Source: Acidobacteriota bacterium
Lineage (GTDB): Bacteria > Acidobacteriota > UBA6911
Assembly (NCBI GenBank): GCA_963664705.1
Contig: OY761556.1
Span: 2,020,795 to 2,084,794, forward strand
Direction: 5' to 3'
DNA: 64,000 bases
The notes beneath the pieces were generated by a model, which worked only from the letters and a program-made list of their open reading frames with translations, was not told the DNA's origin and did no database searches. Positions 57,351 to 64,000 of the stretch are shown piece after piece; the stretch's first letter is position 1; the number at the start of each line of letters is the position of its first letter. Position numbers and translations under genes: made by a program.

Positions 57351-59207
57351 CTAAATGCGGCCGAAATTGCGCTCGATTTCGTACATACTGAAACGCAGGA
57401 TAACCGGTCGACCGTGAGGACAATTTGTGGGTATTCGCGTAAGCGACAGCTGATCCAGCAGCCATTGCATTTTCTCTGGGGTCAGGGGCATGTTCACCTT
57501 GACGGCGGCACGACAAGCGGTGCTCACACAAATTCTGTCCCGAATCCGCTCGACATCCAGCGTTCTCTCTTCATTTTCGAGACCCTCCAGAATCTCCGAC
57601 AACAGTCTGCGATAGTCGGAATCTTTCGCCATGGCAGGGACCGAGCGGATCAGGATAGTGTTGCCGCCAAAGTGCTCGACCGTAAAACCGTTCCGGTTCA
57701 ATTCCGGGACCATTCGATCAAATAGTGCGACCTGATGCGGAGGCAATTCCACGGAGAGAGGAACGAGCAGCCCCTGCGTCTCCAACGAACTGTTCTGGGC
57801 ACCCGCCGCCATTTTTTCATATAGGATGCGCTCATGGGCAACGTGCTGATCAATGATGAGGAGTCCCTGGCTGTCGCAGGCAAGAATATAGCTTTCCTTC
57901 AACTGTCCCAGTATGCGTACCTCACCGGATTGAAAGGGGCGATCGACCCGCTCCGAAGCTCCCAGCAGCATAGTGGGCAGAATACGCAATGAAGCGTGAT
58001 CTTCGATTCCGGCCGAATCCATCGGCGGTGTCTCGCGGAACGGGTAATTCAGAGCACGCTGGAACGGATTGGGTGCGGCGGCCGGCGGTGTAAAATCAAA
58101 TGTGCTTGCATACGCTGCCTCCCGGTTCAGCGGAGAAGCATATTGCAGCGCATTGATACCCATGGGATTGGATGAGGGGGCCAACTCCCGGTGTTCATAA
58201 ACAGGAATGCTGGTAGTCTTTACCAGGGCCTGCTCAATTGTATCGAGCACAAGCTTATGCACCGTGCTCTGATCGCGGAATCGAATTTCTGTTTTTGCCG
58301 GATGCGCGTTTACATCCACCTCATCAAAAGGCAATTCCACAAAAAGGATCACAACCGGATAGGCGGAAGAGGGCATGCAATTTCTGTACGCCTGTCGGAT
58401 TGCACTGGTGATGACCTTGTCCCGCACCATCCGCCGATTCACATAAAAGAATTGGGAATAGGCATTTGTTCTTTGTTCATGCGGACGTGAGCTGAATCCG
58501 CGGATACTCACGGGGCCCGTTTGACCGGACAGCTCGATCAGATTATCCAGAAATCCTTCCCCGAAAATCTGATAAACCCTTTCTCTGATCTCCGTGACAG
58601 CGACCGCATCCATCAGTACGCGGCCGTCGCTTTCCAATGTAAATCGAATCTCGGGATGCGCCAGGGCATAGTGCGTCACCAACCTGGCAATATGACCCAG
58701 CTCCGTGTCATGCGACCTGAGAAATTTCCTTCGGGCCGGCACATTGAAGAATAAATCACGAACCGTAATCTCCGTCCCTTTGTCCCAGGGTATCGGTTTC
58801 ACGGCACGCATTACTCCACCCTGGATCTCCAGTTCCGTTCCGGAAATGGAATCGGATCCGCGCTGTCTTGTTTTGAGTGTGAGACGCGAAATGGAGGCAA
58901 TCGAGGGAAGCGCTTCTCCTCGGAACCCAAGCGTGGCTATTGCCGTCAAATCGTCGGCCGTCTGCAGTTTGCTTGTCGCATGATGTTCAAAAGCCAGAAT
59001 TGCATCATCCGGGCTCATCCCCTCGCCGTCATCTCGAACCTGGATGGAGCGCTTCCCTCCCGACATGATGGCGACGTGCACGGCCCGGCATTGCGCATCA
59101 ATCGAGTTCTCCAGCAACTCCTTCACCACAGACGCCGGCCGCTCCACGATTTCACCGGCGGCTATCTTGTTCGCTAGAATTTCAGGGAGAACCCGGATCT
59201 TATTCAT
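57351..59207 (-). CDS. mutL: DNA mismatch repair endonuclease MutL
   Basis: GHKL ATPase N-terminus (IAAGEIVERPASVVKELLENSIDA) and the C-terminal endonuclease motif DQHVAHERILYE (MutH-independent type). Confidence 0.95.
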   Translation of the reverse strand: MNKIRVLPEILANKIAAGEIVERPASVVKELLENSIDAQCRAVHVAIMSGGKRSIQVRDDGEGMSPDDAILAFEHHATSKLQTADDLTAIATLGFRGEALPSIASISRLTLKTRQRGSDSISGTELEIQGGVMRAVKPIPWDKGTEITVRDLFFNVPARRKFLRSHDTELGHIARLVTHYALAHPEIRFTLESDGRVLMDAVAVTEIRERVYQIFGEGFLDNLIELSGQTGPVSIRGFSSRPHEQRTNAYSQFFYVNRRMVRDKVITSAIRQAYRNCMPSSAYPVVILFVELPFDEVDVNAHPAKTEIRFRDQSTVHKLVLDTIEQALVKTTSIPVYEHRELAPSSNPMGINALQYASPLNREAAYASTFDFTPPAAAPNPFQRALNYPFRETPPMDSAGIEDHASLRILPTMLLGASERVDRPFQSGEVRILGQLKESYILACDSQGLLIIDQHVAHERILYEKMAAGAQNSSLETQGLLVPLSVELPPHQVALFDRMVPELNRNGFTVEHFGGNTILIRSVPAMAKDSDYRRLLSEILEGLENEERTLDVERIRDRICVSTACRAAVKVNMPLTPEKMQWLLDQLSLTRIPTNCPHGRPVILRFSMYEIERNFGRI

Positions 59208-60523
59208 TCGTTTGACTGCACCGTCTGTTCCGGCTTCGGGGCCGCAGGTTTCCAGCTATTGCTTTTGACTGAATCGAGATATTCGATCAGTTCCGGAATG
59301 GACACTTCCCATTGTCGCGATTCACGAAGACTCTTGATGGCATACCGATCTTGTGCAAGTTCATTGTCGCCAATGATCAGCACGTGTTCCGAATTCAGCT
59401 TATTGGCCTGGCGCATCTGGCTTTTCAGACTTCCCTGCCCAAATTCCACATAGCAGGAATGGCCGCGATGCCTCAACGTGCGGGCAATCTCCAGCGCCTT
59501 TCTGAACGCCGGTTCTCCCATAAAGGCCAGATATAATTCGGGTTTGAACTGCGCTTCCGCACTCTGCTCCTGCGGCATCACCATGACCAGACGATCCAAT
59601 CCCATGGCAAAACCGATGCCTTTGGCCGGAGGGCCGCCCAGCACTTCGGAAAGCCCATCGTATCGCCCCCCGCCAACCAGTGCATTCTGCGCGCCGAGGT
59701 CTCCGCTCACGATTTCAAATGCCGTCTTGACGTAGTAATCCAGCCCACGCACAAGTCTGGGAACGATCTGGAATAGAATCCCCGCCGCGTCCAGGTATCC
59801 GCGAACGCTCTCGAAATGGCTGCGGCATTCCTCACACAGGTGATCCGTTATGACGGGAAGCTTCTGAATATATGGCTGACAGCTTTCCACCTTGCAATCC
59901 AGAACACGAAGGCTGTTGGTCGTGGCGCGCCTGCGGCAATCTTCACAAAAATGAGGCAGATCTTCCTGCAGCGCACGGCGGAGCATCTCAATATATGCCG
60001 GTCTGCAGTTGCCGCAGCCGACCGAATTCAGGAGCAGCCGTCCCTTAACCCCGATGGAATCCAGGAACCACAAAGCCATTTCAATCAGCTCGGCATCGAC
60101 GGCCGGATGATCTGATCCGAGCGATTCTGCACCAATCTGGTAGAACTGGCGCCACCGGCCCTTCTGCTTTTTCTCGTGTCGAAACATAGGCCCGATGTAA
60201 TACATCTTGGTAAGCCCGCCGCCGCGATACATTGTATGCTGGATGTAGGCACGAACCACGGAAGCCGTCGCCTCCGGGCGAAGCGTTACGGAACGTTCGC
60301 TCTGGTCCACAAATGTATACATTTCCTTGCCTACGATATCCGTATCCCCACCGATCCCCCGGGCAAACAGCTCGGTGGGCTCAATGATCGGAGTACGTAT
60401 TTCAAGATATCCGTACTTTTGGAAAATATTTCGCGCGCGTTCTTCCGCCACATGCCAGCAGGCAATCTCCTCCGGCAGAAGGTCTCTGGTTCCAGGAAGG
60501 TTGCTTAAAACGAGTTCATCCAT
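59204..60523 (-). CDS. hisS: histidine--tRNA ligase
   Basis: Class-II aaRS HisRS blocks (GTRDLLPEE, FRHEKKQKGRWRQFYQIGAE, GGGRYDGL) and a C-terminal anticodon-binding domain. 4-nt overlap with mutL. Confidence 0.95.
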   Translation of the reverse strand: MDELVLSNLPGTRDLLPEEIACWHVAEERARNIFQKYGYLEIRTPIIEPTELFARGIGGDTDIVGKEMYTFVDQSERSVTLRPEATASVVRAYIQHTMYRGGGLTKMYYIGPMFRHEKKQKGRWRQFYQIGAESLGSDHPAVDAELIEMALWFLDSIGVKGRLLLNSVGCGNCRPAYIEMLRRALQEDLPHFCEDCRRRATTNSLRVLDCKVESCQPYIQKLPVITDHLCEECRSHFESVRGYLDAAGILFQIVPRLVRGLDYYVKTAFEIVSGDLGAQNALVGGGRYDGLSEVLGGPPAKGIGFAMGLDRLVMVMPQEQSAEAQFKPELYLAFMGEPAFRKALEIARTLRHRGHSCYVEFGQGSLKSQMRQANKLNSEHVLIIGDNELAQDRYAIKSLRESRQWEVSIPELIEYLDSVKSNSWKPAAPKPEQTVQSNE

Positions 60524-60790
60524 CGTATGTCCTTCGGATAAATAAGGTAAGCAGCTATGGTAGCAAATTCCCGCCGCTCTGGTAATGGTTTTCCGACAAG
60601 GCAGGCCCCCTGTGGCTGGAAGCTATTGGATCTGGATATTTTTCGACTTCCGTTATCAGTATCTTCATAACGTCTGCACCTTTAACTGTTTATGTATCCA
60701 GAAATGCTCGCCTCTGTGCAACTTCCTCCGCGGGAAACTATCAGAATAGTCAGGGAGCCCAGGATGGGTACGAGAAACAGGAGGGTGCCG

Positions 60791-61774
60791 ATGTTGAAAG
60801 AGCAGGAGTTGAGAGAACAACTCAGGAAAGAGATCATTGGACAGGACAAGGCGATTGATGCCATGGTCCGCGCTGTGATGGTTGCCAATCTTGGAATCTG
60901 CGATCCGCAGCGACCATTGGGTACATTTCTGTTCCTTGGGCCGACCGGGACAGGCAAGAGTCAGATCGGCCGATCACTGGCCCAGATTCTGCATGGAAAC
61001 GACTCGGGGCTTCTTGTCATCAACTGCACGGAATTCAAGAATCCGCACGATGTTTCCAAGCTCACAGGAGCGCCTCCGGGATATATCGGCCACGACCATC
61101 CGCCTTTTCTTACCCCTGAGCGCTTGGAAAAAAAGCAGACCATCGTCATTTTCGAAGAATTGGAGAAGGCCGATCGTGCGCTCAATGACCTCCTTCTGCA
61201 AATTCTTGAAAGAGGTGAATTGAAGACCGGACTCGGCGTGGATCTCAGCTTCAGGAATTGCTTCATTATTCTGACCAGCAATGTCTGTGCGAAGGAAGTG
61301 GATCAGATAACCACCAACTCCTACATTGGCTTCAATCCGGTCTATCCCAAGCTTGAAGGTATGGACCAGGATGTCGCCAATGACAAAATCCGTTCCGTCT
61401 GCATTGGCGCCGTCGAGGACTTTTTCAGTCCCGAATTTATCAATCGCATCGATGAAATAGTGACGTTTAATCGCCTGAAAGACGATCACCTGATGCTGAT
61501 CCTTGAGAAGTTTCTCGCCGACACCAGAGCGCGCCTGGCAACTGCGGGGATTGCCGCCATCGTTTCAGAGGCTTCCAAGCGCTTTCTTATCCGAAAAGGA
61601 ACCAATCTTCGCTATGGAGCCCGGCCCTTGCGCCGAGCGGTACGGGAATACCTGGAATACCCGCTGGCTGCACTGATTGCTGAAGAGGGAGCGACTCGCA
61701 ACCAGATTGTGCATGTGGAGGCTGAGGAGGAGTGCCTGTCCTTCCACTTTGCCAGAATGGCGGCAGCGTCTTAG
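60791..61774 (+). CDS. stand-alone ClpA/ClpB D2-type AAA+ ATPase module
   Basis: IIGQDKAIDAMVRAV..., Walker A GPTGTGKS, GAPPGYIGHD, Walker-B region IVIFEELEKA, sensor-1 LTSN and sensor-2 GARPLRR. There is no N-domain, D1 or M-domain. I chose ATG 60791 (AGGAGG 6 nt upstream); the ORF track starts at 60692. Confidence 0.75.
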   Translation: MLKEQELREQLRKEIIGQDKAIDAMVRAVMVANLGICDPQRPLGTFLFLGPTGTGKSQIGRSLAQILHGNDSGLLVINCTEFKNPHDVSKLTGAPPGYIGHDHPPFLTPERLEKKQTIVIFEELEKADRALNDLLLQILERGELKTGLGVDLSFRNCFIILTSNVCAKEVDQITTNSYIGFNPVYPKLEGMDQDVANDKIRSVCIGAVEDFFSPEFINRIDEIVTFNRLKDDHLMLILEKFLADTRARLATAGIAAIVSEASKRFLIRKGTNLRYGARPLRRAVREYLEYPLAALIAEEGATRNQIVHVEAEEECLSFHFARMAAAS

Positions 61775-61924
61775 AAGACTTCCAGCGAAATTCCAGATTC
61801 CGGATTCCTATTCCAGACTGAGCGTTTCGCCGGCACAGGCGTAGCCTCCACGATGCGGATGACGCATACACCTTGTCTAAGCCCTGCAAGGCCAGTGAAG
61901 CGACAGGCCCGGAGGGCTGCTGAA

Positions 61925-63316
61925 TTATTGGCTTTCCCTGAAAACGCTTCGCTTGGACACTTCCTGAATCAGGGTCTCGAGGTAGCTGACGAACTTTCGC
62001 ATTCTCGTGCGGATTTCGGCAAGGTTGATGGAAACAACGATTGCATCTGAAAAGCTTTCAAATTCCGCCCAGTCCCGATACATCAGCGAGTGGAGCGATG
62101 AATCCTTGAAAGCCCCGATGCGTTCCACGATGCGCGTCGCATCCAGTTCCTCTTTATCCGCAAGCAAATCCATCAGCCAGCGTCGCAAATCCCAAAGATC
62201 CTGACGGAGCTTTTCGGCGGCGACCAGTTGACCGGCACGAGCCGGGAATAGAGTGGATCCGTCAAAGTTCTTATCCAGGGATTGAATCAGACTCACGATG
62301 CAACTTTGACAGCAATTGCGAAGCAGTCCATGGCTGTTTTCCATCCGGCTGTAAACAACCCTGGGGTCCATTTCGCGAGCAATGCCGACCAGTTCCCGGG
62401 ATTGCACCCGCTGGGATTCCATCTTCATCGAATAGGTAACAAGTTCAGCTGCATTTTGAAGCGCGGGAGCGACGTCGTTATTGCGCAAAATGCGGGCTTT
62501 CATAAAATCGGCCAGGCTTCCCATTTCCTCATGAATGAGGGCAAAGATCACAAGGTGCTGCTTCAGCGGCCTGTCCTTGGTCAAATCAGCCATGACAATT
62601 CGCAGGTATTTCAGGAAACGGAAGAGATAGAGAAAAACCAGCGCGACATTTCTTCTGACCGTCTCATGCGGGATGCGCCGAAGCGTGGCAATCAGCGCCT
62701 TGTTTTCGATAAGATCGTACTGCAATTTGAATCGCTGACTAATCAGCATGTCGACATAGCGGCAGTTCTTCAGCTCGCGGCTGAAGTTTCGGCCCAGGGA
62801 AATGAACAGCTGGAAATCCCGACCGGGCTGAAGATTCAGTGAATCGATGGTGATACGCAGATCGTTGAGAGCCTGCAACAATTGCGACAGGCTGTCGGCC
62901 GGTGTTAACTGTTCTGCGATGCGGCTGATATTCGAATCCAGGATTCTGTCCCGTCGCATCTGGTCTTCGATGAAATCCTCAAACTCGAACTTATCGTCCT
63001 GCCCCGCCCGAATGATGTCACAGGTGAACGCCTCACACCGTTGAACGGACTCGCGCACAATTCCGATCTCCGGCGCAAAGCTGCGCATTGCCAGCCCTGT
63101 TCTTTCCGACTCCCCGAGCGGCAGATGATCCAGGTCGAAGTATGCTTGGATCGCTTTCAGGCATGTTTCCATTCCAAAGAGGCTTTCAATTGCCCCCCTT
63201 TCCTGGATCTGCTTGATCCACCTTGTGAGATTTTCCGTTCCTGCAATTATCTCGGAGTGCAGCGCATCGACAAAGGAGTTCTGAATGCGAAGACCTTTTC
63301 CCGGCTCCAGAGGCAT
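61925..63316 (-). CDS. hypothetical protein (predominantly alpha-helical, no recognised motif)
   Basis: Long ORF with typical codon usage, third gene of a co-directional trio. ATG 63316 has GGGAG 6 nt upstream; the ORF track starts at TTG 63337. Confidence 0.6.
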   Translation of the reverse strand: MPLEPGKGLRIQNSFVDALHSEIIAGTENLTRWIKQIQERGAIESLFGMETCLKAIQAYFDLDHLPLGESERTGLAMRSFAPEIGIVRESVQRCEAFTCDIIRAGQDDKFEFEDFIEDQMRRDRILDSNISRIAEQLTPADSLSQLLQALNDLRITIDSLNLQPGRDFQLFISLGRNFSRELKNCRYVDMLISQRFKLQYDLIENKALIATLRRIPHETVRRNVALVFLYLFRFLKYLRIVMADLTKDRPLKQHLVIFALIHEEMGSLADFMKARILRNNDVAPALQNAAELVTYSMKMESQRVQSRELVGIAREMDPRVVYSRMENSHGLLRNCCQSCIVSLIQSLDKNFDGSTLFPARAGQLVAAEKLRQDLWDLRRWLMDLLADKEELDATRIVERIGAFKDSSLHSLMYRDWAEFESFSDAIVVSINLAEIRTRMRKFVSYLETLIQEVSKRSVFRESQ

Positions 63317-63333
63317 ACCCATCTCCCGATCAA

Positions 63334-63696
63334 TCAAAGCGCCGATGACGAAAGCCTCCGAAATTCCTCGGTGCTTTTTCGCATTGCCAGCCAGTCTTCA
63401 AAGATAGCGGGGGTCTCCAGCCAGATGCGGAACCACTCGGCAATCTCCTGTTTCTGCAGGCGCTTCTGCAATGAAACCTTTCGGTTGCGGCCGATAAGCT
63501 CCGCCCGGTATCGCCCCAAACTGGCAATTCGGCGACAATACTCCACTCCTTTCTTATCGCTCGTTTCGCGATATTTTCGGCATAAATTTTCAAGCGTAAG
63601 TAGGGTCGACTCCGCCTCCTCCAGGGTAGCAAAAGCCAAAACACCCGTAAGTGCTTCGCTATAGGGAGGTTCTATGTTCAGCTCTTTGTGCGCCAT
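63334..63696 (-). CDS. hypothetical protein (120 aa)
   Basis: An ORF only 11 nt downstream of the preceding ORF and abutting the next one. No recognisable family. Confidence 0.5.
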   Translation of the reverse strand: MAHKELNIEPPYSEALTGVLAFATLEEAESTLLTLENLCRKYRETSDKKGVEYCRRIASLGRYRAELIGRNRKVSLQKRLQKQEIAEWFRIWLETPAIFEDWLAMRKSTEEFRRLSSSAL

Positions 63697-63707
63697 GAAG
63701 TTGCAGA

Positions 63708-63968
63708 CTAGCGCGGGCCGGCGGAAATCGCAGTCTCCAGCCCAATCTCAAAAAAGATCATCCTGGACCCATTATCCCGCCGGTACACATTGGGAATATA
63801 GACCACGGAATCTTTGAGATATGAAGTAAGGTCGTCAGAATTTATATGCAGGTACAGAAAGCCGCTCCCCTTGCTGTGCGGCTCCACAATCTTTTCCATG
63901 AGAAACTTGGAGTCGAAATCATCCAAAGCATCCTGATTCAGATCAGATCTTGGAATTCTCGGCAGCAC
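63708..63968 (-). CDS. hypothetical protein, 5' end uncertain (may extend past the window edge)
   Basis: The frame is open to the window end. GTG 63968 is the first start in frame. An SD-led ATG at 63984 is in another frame, so a frameshift or short uORF cannot be excluded. Confidence 0.4.
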   Translation of the reverse strand: MLPRIPRSDLNQDALDDFDSKFLMEKIVEPHSKGSGFLYLHINSDDLTSYLKDSVVYIPNVYRRDNGSRMIFFEIGLETAISAGPR

Positions 63969-64000
63969 GGTTTTCGGAAACCATGATTTATCCTTCCGAA

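Noticed and set aside
61850-61905. A possible fourth, degenerate copy of the intergenic repeat (..GATGACGCATACACCTTGTCTAAGCCC..).
   Set aside because: Only about half of the aligned positions match by eye and the conserved hairpin half is absent. This is too weak to call without a computed alignment.
1-64000. A whole-window search by eye for tRNA (including tRNA-Sec), rRNA, CRISPR arrays, transposases, integrons, toxin-antitoxin pairs and known defence genes.
   Set aside because: I found none. All intergenic regions are under ~320 nt and lack T-loop (GGTTCGA-type) motifs or regularly spaced direct repeats. selA/selB/selC must lie outside this window if they are present.

Overview
The window is mostly core chromosome from a diderm (Gram-negative-type) bacterium; I cannot assign a phylum by eye. 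About 50 genes are tightly packed and nearly all are housekeeping. They cover phospholipid synthesis (psd-pssA, inositol-3-phosphate synthase), translation (glyQS, hisS, miaB, tsaB/rimI, TrmH), DNA maintenance (recO, recN, xerD, ssb, mutS, mutL, rarA, dnaE, DnaC-like) and envelope functions (lpxD, murJ, fused lptFG, complete tolQRA-tolB-pal-ybgF, a GT39/flippase-like/GT2 cluster). Central metabolism is represented by ppdK, guaA, hisG, rocD and accA. I found no rRNA, tRNA, CRISPR array, transposase or prophage. The main signal is selenium-related and is hidden by the stop-to-stop ORF track. (1) selD has an in-frame UGA exactly where E. coli SelD has its catalytic Cys, so the true gene starts about 66 nt upstream of the ORF-track entry. 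(2) Two same-frame ORF entries (44042..44530 and 44564..45943) are separated only by one UGA. Together they read as one signal-peptide-bearing U-x-x-C selenoprotein, a UGSC-like domain fused to a ~400-aa uncharacterised domain. Both UGAs are followed at similar spacing by small hairpins with CGGU-containing loops. (3) A YqeC-like P-loop protein (selenium cofactor trait) lies between them. Other observations: a ~100-nt structured intergenic repeat family, two copies of which bracket the selenoprotein gene; guaA with no canonical start codon (ATT with a good SD is the best candidate); an orphan ClpB-D2-type AAA+ module next to an uncharacterised three-gene operon at the window edge; and a fused LptF-LptG permease.
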